From contig CDROCS010000506.1 of NCBI GenBank assembly GCA_977020255.1, positions 2,480,001 to 2,544,000 on the forward strand: 64,000 nt of DNA, given 5' to 3'. The notes under the pieces are model-generated. The model saw only the letters and a list, made by a program, of their open reading frames with translations. It did not search any database and was not told the DNA's origin. The position numbers and the translations under genes were made by a program. Positions 1 through 9,256 of this stretch are shown in pieces; position 1 is the first letter of the stretch; each line of letters opens with the position of its first letter. This DNA is from Obrimoposthia wandeli (taxonomy: Eukaryota).

Positions 1-57
1 GCGTTGTTTAGAGAAAGCCAGAATAGCGAAAAAATTAAATGTTACGGTGTAAACAGA

Positions 58-1029
58 TTAGATAATATCGATGCTTTGATCTATTAGCGCATCAATATCA
101 AGTGCTTTAGTGACTATGTTGTGTTCAATCCCAGTGACTGGATCAGTAAACTCGAGCTGTTGCGCTAATAACTGTAATGGCTGTTCAAAGTTATCATCAC
201 ATCGGTCTAATAGTGTTGGGTATAAGCGGTCGTTTACCAATGGCATACCTAAACTATCCATGTGCAAGCGCAATTGATGTGTCTTGCCCGTAATGGGTGA
301 CAATCGAAATAGTCCAAATTCACCTTTCACTTCAATCAAGTCAATTTCAGAATGACTATTCGCTTCGCCGTCGGTAATTTTCATGGTGAAACTTGGTTCG
401 CCTTTTACAATTTTATTTTTTACCGTCCAATGCAATGGTAACGCGAGTTCACCTTGTTGTTGCTGTTGGCGTAACTCGGGTGTTAAACGGGCTATTGCTT
501 GGTAATGTTTGGTGATATTGCCATGTTTAAATAAGTCATGGTACAGAGAACGCTGTTCTGGCTGCTTTGATAGCAACATAAGCCCTGCAGTGGCACGATC
601 AAGTCGATGGGCAGTTACCAGTGTTTCTATTCCAGTTTTTATTCTTAGGCGGTTAACCAAACATTCATTAACGAATTGACCACTTGGACTGACCGCTAAG
701 AAATGAGGCTTGTAAGCAACTATGATGTTGTCATCTTGGTAAATAACGTTTTCTGCAAAAGGTACCTTCTTCTCTACCGTCACCTCGCGATAATAATAAA
801 CGCGCTCACGTGGTACGAATGCACAATCTAGGGTGATTAAACTGCCATCACGCCAATGCACTTTGCCATCCATAATACGCTGTTGCCATACCGAAGCATC
901 AATCTGTTGAAAGTGATTGCTGAGGAAACTAAAAACGGTGGGCTTATCCGTTACGTTTTCAGGTAAGACGATGTGGGAAGCATGGGTGGCGCGAACAGTA
1001 GACATAAAATTAGAAACTCGTTGAAACAC
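58..1029 (-). CDS. RluA-family pseudouridine synthase
   Basis: 323-aa ORF with catalytic HRLD motif (AHRLDRATAG), YKPHFL, PITGKTHQLRLH and QLLAQQLEF motifs typical of the RluA family. Confidence 0.9.
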   Translation of the reverse strand: MFQRVSNFMSTVRATHASHIVLPENVTDKPTVFSFLSNHFQQIDASVWQQRIMDGKVHWRDGSLITLDCAFVPRERVYYYREVTVEKKVPFAENVIYQDDNIIVAYKPHFLAVSPSGQFVNECLVNRLRIKTGIETLVTAHRLDRATAGLMLLSKQPEQRSLYHDLFKHGNITKHYQAIARLTPELRQQQQQGELALPLHWTVKNKIVKGEPSFTMKITDGEANSHSEIDLIEVKGEFGLFRLSPITGKTHQLRLHMDSLGMPLVNDRLYPTLLDRCDDNFEQPLQLLAQQLEFTDPVTGIEHNIVTKALDIDALIDQSIDII

Positions 1030-1200
1030 AAATATGATAAGCGAGGAGTGTAGCTGAAATTATCGTTTAATTCACTCTTCTCGTCGCGCAGAAATACCAT
1101 ATGATCTTATCTAGTGTTGTGTCGAATACACAACATCATAACTTTACTATATTTTAAGCGAATACAAATGGCTTGAAATCATTTCTATTCTCGCTTTGTT

Positions 1201-2142
1201 ATGTTGGTCAATGCTCAGGAGTATGTAGTGTTATTTATTATTACGCTGATTTTAATTGCTAGCCTTGGTTATTTAGCGCAAACCACTGGGTTATGTATGG
1301 TCAAAGGCGCTAATCAAGCCATTAAAGGTAAACCGATGTTTTTAGCCGCCATTCTACTCAGCGGAACATTTTCTTGGCTGCCTTTATTAATTGCTAACGT
1401 GACTTTAGGTCTGGGTACGCAAGTCTCACACCAAGCTACCTGGTTTTCGGCTGTTGGTGGATTATTATTTGGTTTTGGCGCGGCAGTAAATCAAGGTTGT
1501 GGTGTATCGACAGTTAGTCGCTTGACTCGTGGAGAGATGGCGATGATGGTGACAATTTTTGGTTGGTTAACAGGTTGGGTTTTGCTTGCCTCGTTTATTG
1601 ATAAAGTCGAAAGTGAGGTTTATATCCTGCCGCAAAGTATGCATTTAATGGGACTGGCGGTATTGTCGATATTGTTAGTTGCCGCTTTGTTTCGTTTCAA
1701 TAACGATAATAAAAAACTGTGGTTGTCGATGTTAAGTATTGGCATGATGGCGAGCATGGTATTTTTGTATGAGCCACACTGGACGCCAAGCGGGCTACTT
1801 AAAGATATTAGTTTGTTCGTGTGGTACGGGAATGAGCAACAATGGCCGTCAGCAGAGCGATTTTTATTGATACTTAGTTTAATCTTGGGAATGCTTATTG
1901 CGGCTATTTTTACTCGGGCATTTGTTTTCAAATGGATGAAGATAAGACAAGCTGTGAGACATTTATTCGCAGGAATACTGATGGGTATGGGTGCTGTACT
2001 GGCCAGTGGCGGTAATGATACGCAGTTGTTGTTAGCTTTACCGGCATTTTCACCAGCAGGGCTCATTGCTGTACTTTGTATGCTGCTTGGTATTTATGTA
2101 GGTGGTGTAGCGTCGAACATGACGGTGTTGAAAGTTAATTAA
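1201..2142 (+). CDS. YeeE/YedE-family (sulfur transport) membrane protein
   Basis: 313-aa polytopic membrane ORF with GLCMVKG, GCGVS and GGND motifs in a duplicated arrangement typical of YeeE/YedE. Confidence 0.75.
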   Translation: MLVNAQEYVVLFIITLILIASLGYLAQTTGLCMVKGANQAIKGKPMFLAAILLSGTFSWLPLLIANVTLGLGTQVSHQATWFSAVGGLLFGFGAAVNQGCGVSTVSRLTRGEMAMMVTIFGWLTGWVLLASFIDKVESEVYILPQSMHLMGLAVLSILLVAALFRFNNDNKKLWLSMLSIGMMASMVFLYEPHWTPSGLLKDISLFVWYGNEQQWPSAERFLLILSLILGMLIAAIFTRAFVFKWMKIRQAVRHLFAGILMGMGAVLASGGNDTQLLLALPAFSPAGLIAVLCMLLGIYVGGVASNMTVLKVN

Positions 2143-2220
2143 GGGAATATTAGGTCGGTAGGCGTTTGGTTACTTGCCTAACTATTTGACTAAATTAGTC
2201 ATTCAGTTTATTACAGACAT

Positions 2221-2251
2221 AAAAAAACACCTGATGTTTCCATCAAGTGTT
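2221..2251 (-). terminator. Intrinsic terminator downstream of the tRNA 3' end
   Basis: Minus strand AACACTTGATG-GAAA-CATCAGGTGTT followed by T-tract: 11-bp stem with one G-U pair and a GNRA loop. Confidence 0.8.
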
Positions 2252-2259
2252 CTAAAATT

Positions 2260-2305
2260 TGGTGGACCCTCCCAGACTTGAACTGGGGACCTGCCGATTA
2301 TGAGT
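2260..2305 (-). pseudogene. 3' fragment (46 nt) of tRNA-Ile2 (CAU), from anticodon loop to CCA
   Basis: Reverse complement reads ACTCATAATCGGCAGGTCCCCAGTTCAAGTCTGGGAGGGTCCACCA: canonical T-arm, acceptor 3' strand and CCA, with no D-arm or 5' half adjacent. Confidence 0.85.
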
Positions 2306-3088
2306 AAGGGGAAGCGACCACTGAATTGAATGACTGTAAGGTAATGTTGAAATGATGGATTAAGCAAACTCAGATTACAGGGGTAAATGAGTTAATAAAC
2401 ACAATAGTAAAACGAAAAGACCGGAGAACGACCGGAAGCTTTTTCTGTGTCCTTTGTTTCTATGCTTGGAAAGGTTGGTACTGAGGAGCTAAGAGGCACA
2501 CCCCCGAAATCAATGAACACCATCGTAAGCCTAACAAGCAAATCGCCACAAGAACCCGTACTTTGGCGCGCTGAGGTGGCACCACGGCGACAGCCTACCC
2601 ACAAATTCATGCTCAGTTTATTTTCAATTCGAGCTGCACTAACTCAGTCGAGAAGTGAAATTAAAATGAGTATGTAATACGCTTCGCGACAGGCGGAAAC
2701 GGCAGAGAGGGCTAATGAGGCTAAGCAATGGCGAATTTTTTATGAAAATTCTGCAGCATTTTAATTCTAGAGTAAAAGATTACTCGATGATTGATTTTGG
2801 TTTAGTAGGTTAACTAACAATGCTCACTGTCGGGAGAGGCAAATGTGGCGAGGAATGGATTTACTCCTAGTTGGCTATGAGTAAGTCACCCTGTATGAGA
2901 ATATTTTGATTGGTCTGTTTTACTTCGTTTATCCTAACGCAAATAATTTAATTGTGATATTGCTACTGGAAAACCTTATATCTGCGAAGTTATAGCTCGA
3001 TAGTTTAAATTAGAAATAATCAGTATCAAAACAATCAAGGCGATGGATTATACTCGGCAGTTTTGGTTTTAAGTTTGCTCTATATGGT

Positions 3089-3321
3089 CAGGGCAAACGG
3101 ATCTTAAATAAAAAAACTAGTTTGTTTAATGAACATCTATGCTCAAAAATAGTAAAACGGGAGGCTGGACTTTAGTCCAGTCGGTTATAAAGATGGCAGG
3201 ACTGAAGTTCTGTCTCCTAAAAATACTGTCTTTGTAGCTAAAAGTGCACATTATGAATTAAATATTGCTGTTTTGACTATTAATCAAACTTAATCAGTAC
3301 GATTGAGGCCCGCTTGCCCTG
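3089..3321. mobile_element. 233-bp MITE with CAGGG termini (ISAs1-like) and 10-bp target site duplication
   Basis: Left end CAGGGCAAACGG; right end reverse complement CAGGGCAAGCGG; flanked by perfect TCTATATGGT at 3079-3088 and 3322-3331; no ORF. Confidence 0.75.
3160..3217. repeat. Inverted REP-like doublet (REPIN/BIME-like)
   Basis: GGAGGCTGGACTTTAGTCCAGTC followed by inverted GGCAGGACTGAAGTTCTGTCTCC; each is a GGAG tetranucleotide plus a short palindrome. Confidence 0.6.
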
Positions 3322-3414
3322 TCTATATGGTTCGTTTACCTCGACACACCTTGCGAAATGTGTAATTAGTCATAATAAGAATATCCCAAGTCTTTTCCTG
3401 TGCTATTAATGGTA

Positions 3415-4208
3415 AAGTTATTACACCAAGTTACATTGTGGCGTTTGCGTCTTAACACTATCCCGAAGCTAGTTGACGGTTCGTTGAATCATTTAACGGG
3501 TATTATGGTAAATTAAGGGTTAATTCATTTATTAAATTGAGAATAATATTTTGCTAAACATCTGGGTAAATGTTTCGACCCAATTGAATGACAAGTACCT
3601 GTTATTCAATTCTTTATATTACCAACCATCGTGTTAACCCAGATGAACTGTTTCTTCTTGACACTTTTTGACCCATCTCCTGTGACGATGCTGAAATGCT
3701 CAGATTCTGCTTGTCATCCCGATCTTTAATTACCGCATGATTTTTTGCTTCATTCTCTAGACTGAATTATATGAAACCCCAACTTGACGTTTAAGTGAGA
3801 ATGTGGATTTGCCTGTTTTAGATTTAGTTGTTAATAAAACGCTTAAAACAAAATGTTAAAGATAACTTTGAATGTTCAAATATCGTATTAGCGGTTACTG
3901 ATGTCTGGTGACGACAGAGATTACATTGATATACCTTTCTTGATTTCAATGAATAATAACGATTAGAAAAACATGGAGGACAGACAAAAACTATCAGGCC
4001 ATTTCTAATTGAAAAGAGCCTCAATACATTGTTTTTCTGAACCGTCACCTCTGAATATTGCGAGTAAACCATACCCATGTTGATGCTGAATTTGATTATT
4101 GATCATAACCGTCGTCCTCACAAAGTATCACTATAAATGTAGCTTAATAGTGAGTTGAATGTAGCTTAATAGTGAATTAAAAGTGGCTGAATTAAGTGGG
4201 TAATCATT
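3415..4208 (-). pseudogene. IS1595-family transposase relic (zinc ribbon and C-terminus retained, central core largely missing)
   Basis: FVCPPC..RYYSLKSRKVYQCNLCRHQTSVTANTIFEHSKL zinc ribbon (3824-4078); downstream fragments LKRQVGVSYNS and WVNTMVGNIKN..GTCHSIGSKHLPR with stops and frameshifts; ends approximate. Confidence 0.75.
4136..4175. repeat. Tandem 18-bp repeat (period 22)
   Basis: AATGTAGCTTAATAGTGA at 4136-4153 and 4158-4175. Confidence 0.85.
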
Positions 4209-4452
4209 TCACCTTTTTGATGTGATATACAAATGTTGGATAACCCTCTGAAATAAAACTTTAACTCACGATTTAAATCATGTTTTCCTGGTTAATTAAA
4301 TAATTACTTCGTAGCCATTGGTTATATAATAATTCCTAATTTTAAGTCTTTTTGTAACAAGTGAAATTCACAGATGTAAGATTAATATAAATTATTAAAA
4401 CAAGTTTCTTCTACTACTTAACTATTTCGTTCAATAAAGGTAATAAAATAAA

Positions 4453-5022
4453 ATGAAAAAAAGAAAGGATACTCTAATCATGCTCCTTGTGGGCTTTGCT
4501 CTGTTATTTACGTCAACAAGCCAAGCCACAGAACTGAATTGGTATGCAAAAGGCTTGCAGGCTGAATATGCAGGCGATTATCAACGTGCGATAGATAATT
4601 ATATCAAATCAGCCAATTCGGGTGTCAAAGATGCCAACTTCGCGGTTGCTCGCTCATACCAAGCGATTGGTAATGAGCAAGCCAGTTTAGAGTGGTTTAT
4701 TAAAGCCGCTAATGTAGGCGATAAATTTGCACAGTACGAGACAGCTTTGATTTATCTAAAAGGTAATTCAGCTACAGAAGCTGATCAGCTAATAGCGTTA
4801 AATTGGTTGACCTTAGCGGCAAAAGCTAAGCATGGTGAGGCTGCTTATGAATTGTTTAAAATTGATCCAAATGTACGCTGGTTAAAAATCGCTGCAGAGC
4901 AAGGCGTTCAAGTCGCAATGTCAAGCTTATTCGATGCCTATACGCAAGGCCTATACGGAGCAGAGGTTAATTTGTTCCAAGCTCAACATTGGGCTAAGCG
5001 CGCTATTGATTCTCAGGAATAA
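4453..5022 (+). CDS. Secreted/periplasmic Sel1-like repeat (SLR) protein
   Basis: 189 aa; signal peptide ending SQA; repeated A..WF.KAA..G...AQY..A..YL.G motifs. Confidence 0.85.
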   Translation: MKKRKDTLIMLLVGFALLFTSTSQATELNWYAKGLQAEYAGDYQRAIDNYIKSANSGVKDANFAVARSYQAIGNEQASLEWFIKAANVGDKFAQYETALIYLKGNSATEADQLIALNWLTLAAKAKHGEAAYELFKIDPNVRWLKIAAEQGVQVAMSSLFDAYTQGLYGAEVNLFQAQHWAKRAIDSQE

Positions 5023-5033
5023 GGAATAAGTAA

Positions 5034-8000
5034 ATGAAATATATTTTTAAATGGCTGACTGTTCCCCTATTTGCCTTATTTTCGACCTATATACACGCGG
5101 CACCCAGCGTCTCAGTGGTATTTGTCCTAGATGAATCTGGCAGTGTTTCTCGCTCAAACTTTGATCTTCAAACTAAAGGTTTTCAAGAAGCGCTCACAGC
5201 ATTACCACTTGATGGATCAGTAGAAGTTTCTGTTATTGGTTTTTCTTCGTCTAACAGCACCATCGTCGATAAAATGGAACTGACATCGGCAACACTCACT
5301 AGCGTAAGTGATGCGCTCGCTAATAATTATAAAAATAGTGGTGGGACCAATATGAGTGGCGCCATTAACAGCAGTGCTGGGATTTTACTGGGTAGCACGG
5401 CACCATCTAAAGTTATTTGTTTAGCAACTGATGGATCGCCAAATAGCCAATCATCCGCTACATTAGCGGCAAATAATGCCAAGAATAGTGGTATTTCTTT
5501 GACTCCAGTAGGAATTGGACTAGGTACATCTGGCAAAAGTTTCTTGGATAGTATTGCCTCTATTCCACCCGTACCCAATCCAGGGGATTTCACAGACTTT
5601 GCAACAGTTGTTACCAATGTTTGTGTCGGTGTTACAAAAAGTGCGCTTAATATAGCATTAACTCCAACTAGCGTTGATTTTGGGGTATCTCAAGGCAGTG
5701 GACAGTCTCAATGTAGTCAACAAGAGTCAATCAGCTTAACCAACCGCAGCAATCAAATCGTGAGTATCACTAACATATCCATTCAAGGGGAAGATGCTGA
5801 AAACTTTCAACTACTAACCGCCTTGGGTCAGTCTTTTGATAGTCTAACTTTTCCAAATAACTTACCTGGGTTATATAACACGGCACTTGAGGTTAAATTA
5901 TCTCCTTTATCAACGCCTGCTGATAGTACCTATGATGCAAGCATTGTTGTTTCAGCCATTGATGAAAATGGTATCAGTGGTGATTTTTCTGCTACATTAC
6001 AAGCCCCAGTCGGTAATGCCTGTTTAACTTTCTCAGCTTGGGATGCACAACAAGTTATCGGAACAATCGATGAAAATAGTGTTCCTTATAATAAATCAGG
6101 TAATATTCTTGCTGATGACAAAGGGAAATTTACTGAGAGTCAATTAGAAAATGGTAAGCGTGTTGGCTTGGTGACTGATGGTAATGCTCGTTTATTACTC
6201 ACATCCACTACGTCAGTTATCAAAGGTAAGATGCGCTTTGAAATTATCACACCTTCAAGAACTGAAGCAAGACTCGGCACATTAGATTATTCAAGTAACA
6301 ATGATGGCAGTACTTTTGTTGATGTTGATCTCTCAGTTAATACTAATGGCGAAGGTCAAGCAAGTGCCATTTTACGCGCTGGAGAGTACTTTCTTGGTAC
6401 AGCAGGTGAAAAAGAAGTTGCCTTTTCCATACGTAGTTGTTTACTGGATGATCAAAATGTCTGTACTTCAGTTGAGCAACAAAAAACGTTTAGAGAACGA
6501 CGAGCTCCTGTGGTGTTGATCCATGGATTATGGGCGAGCCCTGACTCTTTTAATGGTGAAGAAAAAGGTGTTTTTAAAAGTGCAGTGCCTGGCTTATTTG
6601 ATGAGCTTTCCAAAAATGGGTTAAGAGAAGTTGGTACGATTAAATACAATAATTATCAAGGTCCAACCGCCACCATGCCTGCTAGTTCAAAATTACTATC
6701 AGGGGAGATAGATACACTTTGCGATAAACTGATCTACAATGATCAGTTCGCCTGTACCAGAGCTGATCTAGTCGGACATAGTATGGGTGGTCTAGTTGCC
6801 AGAAAATTTATCGAAGATAACAACCACTATCGCGACACCCGAAATTTCCAACAAGGTGCGGTAAGAAGACTTATTACGCTTGGCACTCCACATCTAGGCA
6901 GTGGTTTCGCGAGCCTATTAATGGGGCGAGACGATTCAGGTATTCGATCTTGTATCCGTGATGAGCGACTGTTGGTTAAAGATGAAGGCTTTACAGTCCC
7001 ACTAGTTAATGAACAAGGTGATGTCCAAGCCACTATCATTAGAGAGTTGCAACCTAGCGAAGAGATGACTGAAGTTGAAAAAGAGGCAGGTTATGAAGTG
7101 CTAGCGAATGGCTATTCTTTCGTAAATGTAGCTACAAGCGGTTTAGCTAAGATAGGAAACCAAGTAGTTACAGATAAAAATGGCGCCATTAATTACCTTG
7201 CTCTCGGTAGTGCTGGATTAAACTACTTAAACAATAATCAGCAAGCGGTTCCTACCGTAGGTTTGGTGGGTAACATTGGAAACAACCTTTTATTTAATGG
7301 CTTTAGAGGCAGGCACATTGAAAAGGTTCTGAGATATACAGGGTGTGTTGCCGATGATTTATTCTTAGGAGAAGATTCAGATGGTGTAGTTGCCTTATCT
7401 AGCGCTAGAGGTAGGTTAGGTAGTAGTTATACCCAAGAATTCCCCTCTGTACAACACACTGGTATGGGGACAAATCAAGGGGTAATAGATTGGGTGCTAG
7501 ATATTATTGACATGCCACTTACCAAGTACTCCAAAATTGTCATGAACGCAAAATCGAGAGAGCTAAAATTTATGATCAGTAAGAACAATCTACCGTCATT
7601 AAAAAATAAGCCAGTGAAGAAGACACTTCTTTCAAATACTCTACTTGACAAAGTAGGGGAATTTGTAAGGAGCTCGGCTCTTGCAATGATAGGTATCAAT
7701 ACTGCTTACGCGCAAGATATCGATAGCTTACAGATATCTGTGAGTAACTTAACTCCCGTTGGAGGTGAAGAAATAACTATTTCACTTGATTCATCGAGTG
7801 ATGGTTTAGAATCAATTGCCCTGCAGGGGGATGGTATTGATCTTATCGATGAAACAGCGCCATATAGTTGGACAACAACAGTCCCTAATAATGCTGTAGG
7901 GAAATTCCAGTATTCTGTTGCAGCCATCTCTGAACTAAATATATTAACCTCCAATACTGTTGAAATCACCGTTGCTATTGATGCCTCAGAAATTCGATCA

Positions 8001-8996
8001 ATTCTATTCGACCCAGCAGATCGGATCGTATTGCATCCTGGTCGTAGCCAACAATTAAAATTAGTTGGTCAAGGTAACGATGGATTCAAACGCGACTTAA
8101 CTGCAAGTGCGCTTGGTACAACATATTCAGAAAATATTGTATCAGGCTTAACCGTTACAGTAGGTGATAGCGCTGTTTTTAGCATCGACTCAGAAGGAAA
8201 TGTGTATGCTCAAGAGCCTGGAGAAGCTGAAATCGTAGCTAGTTTTGGTACACTAAGTGCTATTCGTAGAATATTGGTGGTTTCGGCCGAACCTGACGAC
8301 GCAGATGGAGATGGACTAACAGACTCCCAAGAGCAATTATTAGGAACTGATAGGTTTAATCCGGATAGTGACGATAACGGAATTCAGGATGATATTGAAG
8401 TTGGCAGTAACCCTGATGCAGCTTTGGATTCTGATGGCGATGGCATCATAGATGCGTTAGAAAGCGATACTATGGTGGTTGAAGACGAAAATGGATTACA
8501 TATATCCATTAAAACATCGGCAGGCAAAATTACCAGTGCATATAGTCAGCCATTAGCTGATTTACCAGCTCGCTCTGGGGAGCTTGACCTGATCACCATG
8601 CCACTAGGAGCACTGGGGTTTTCCGTTGAAGAGCTAAATGATGGACAAGCTATCGACGTTTCCCTGACGTTTGAAAATATACCAGCAGGCATCGATAGTT
8701 ACTTAAAATATGGTGCACAATTACCACAAGGAGATCAAGCAAACTGGTATGAATTTACTGATTTTGATCTAGAAGGTAATACAATTACTCTTCATTTAGT
8801 GGATAATGCATCTGGTGATTCTAATCCGATATCAGGTGTAATCAGTGATCCTGGTGGCCCTGGTGACAAGCCTAATCCAACACCTGTGCCAACACCTAAT
8901 GTAGAAAAAGATAGTGGTGGTAGTGTGGGTGTATGGGGATTGGTATTCTTAATGTTGGTGGGAATGAGGAAGTTTAAAGTTAAGAAGCAAGCCTAA
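5034..8996 (+). CDS. 1320-aa multidomain surface protein: signal peptide, VWA, Ig-like, alpha/beta hydrolase (lipase-like), Ig-like, Ca-binding DxDGDG repeats, choice-of-anchor-U-like domain, GlyGly-CTERM
   Basis: VFVLDESGSV MIDAS and LATDGSPN; VLIHGLW, GHSMGG nucleophile elbow, TLGTPHLGS, SDGVV, QHTGM; DADGDGLTD and DSDGDGIIDA; C-terminal SGGSVGVWGLVFLMLVGMRKFKVKK. Confidence 0.85.
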   Translation: MKYIFKWLTVPLFALFSTYIHAAPSVSVVFVLDESGSVSRSNFDLQTKGFQEALTALPLDGSVEVSVIGFSSSNSTIVDKMELTSATLTSVSDALANNYKNSGGTNMSGAINSSAGILLGSTAPSKVICLATDGSPNSQSSATLAANNAKNSGISLTPVGIGLGTSGKSFLDSIASIPPVPNPGDFTDFATVVTNVCVGVTKSALNIALTPTSVDFGVSQGSGQSQCSQQESISLTNRSNQIVSITNISIQGEDAENFQLLTALGQSFDSLTFPNNLPGLYNTALEVKLSPLSTPADSTYDASIVVSAIDENGISGDFSATLQAPVGNACLTFSAWDAQQVIGTIDENSVPYNKSGNILADDKGKFTESQLENGKRVGLVTDGNARLLLTSTTSVIKGKMRFEIITPSRTEARLGTLDYSSNNDGSTFVDVDLSVNTNGEGQASAILRAGEYFLGTAGEKEVAFSIRSCLLDDQNVCTSVEQQKTFRERRAPVVLIHGLWASPDSFNGEEKGVFKSAVPGLFDELSKNGLREVGTIKYNNYQGPTATMPASSKLLSGEIDTLCDKLIYNDQFACTRADLVGHSMGGLVARKFIEDNNHYRDTRNFQQGAVRRLITLGTPHLGSGFASLLMGRDDSGIRSCIRDERLLVKDEGFTVPLVNEQGDVQATIIRELQPSEEMTEVEKEAGYEVLANGYSFVNVATSGLAKIGNQVVTDKNGAINYLALGSAGLNYLNNNQQAVPTVGLVGNIGNNLLFNGFRGRHIEKVLRYTGCVADDLFLGEDSDGVVALSSARGRLGSSYTQEFPSVQHTGMGTNQGVIDWVLDIIDMPLTKYSKIVMNAKSRELKFMISKNNLPSLKNKPVKKTLLSNTLLDKVGEFVRSSALAMIGINTAYAQDIDSLQISVSNLTPVGGEEITISLDSSSDGLESIALQGDGIDLIDETAPYSWTTTVPNNAVGKFQYSVAAISELNILTSNTVEITVAIDASEIRSILFDPADRIVLHPGRSQQLKLVGQGNDGFKRDLTASALGTTYSENIVSGLTVTVGDSAVFSIDSEGNVYAQEPGEAEIVASFGTLSAIRRILVVSAEPDDADGDGLTDSQEQLLGTDRFNPDSDDNGIQDDIEVGSNPDAALDSDGDGIIDALESDTMVVEDENGLHISIKTSAGKITSAYSQPLADLPARSGELDLITMPLGALGFSVEELNDGQAIDVSLTFENIPAGIDSYLKYGAQLPQGDQANWYEFTDFDLEGNTITLHLVDNASGDSNPISGVISDPGGPGDKPNPTPVPTPNVEKDSGGSVGVWGLVFLMLVGMRKFKVKKQA

Positions 8997-9005
8997 AGTG
9001 AATAT

Positions 9006-9030
9006 AGGCAATCGGTCTTCCGGATTGCCT
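9006..9030 (+). terminator. Hairpin downstream of the VWA-lipase gene
   Basis: AGGCAATC-GGTCTTCCG-GATTGCCT inverted repeat; no clean U-tract. Confidence 0.45.
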
Positions 9031-9256
9031 GGTAGGGCAGATGCCTTTATTAAAAATTAAAACCACATCCTGTGGGCGTGGTCATCAGCTTCAGGCTATA
9101 CCTGGAGCTTCTACTCATGCTATTAACCTATTTAGTTGTCTCCACAACAAAAAAGAAAAGTGTTTTTGGTTTGTAGTCATAGCCTTTTATTATGTGCGCA
9201 CAAAATGACTATTATATTAAGTAGTGAATTATCCATACACGTTTGGGCAACGCCAC

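Larger units (their letters stand above)
2207..2305. repeat. Left direct repeat of island (attR-like): 3' half of tRNA-Ile2 plus terminator
   Basis: TTTATTACAG..ATAAAAAAACACCTGATGTT..CCA...AAAATTTG...CCTGCCGATTATGAGT recurs at 13641-13729. Confidence 0.85.

Noticed and set aside
2392-2677. Short ORFs 2392-2610 (-) and 2447-2677 (+)
   Set aside because: No recognisable motifs or convincing RBS, and they overlap each other antisense. Treated as non-coding.
3089-3130. CAGGGCAAAC resembles the start of a c-di-GMP-I (GEMM) riboswitch
   Set aside because: The required GAAA tetraloop stem and GACGCAAAG segment do not follow. The sequence is better explained as a MITE terminal repeat with a 10-bp TSD.
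4136-4200. Possible mini-CRISPR or iteron array
   Set aside because: Only two 18-bp units with a 4-bp spacer, and no cas genes or spacer-length units.
9061-9074. 14-bp AACCACATCCTGTG repeated at 26283-26296
   Set aside because: Several exact 14-mer matches are expected by chance in 64 kb, and the two sites share no functional context.
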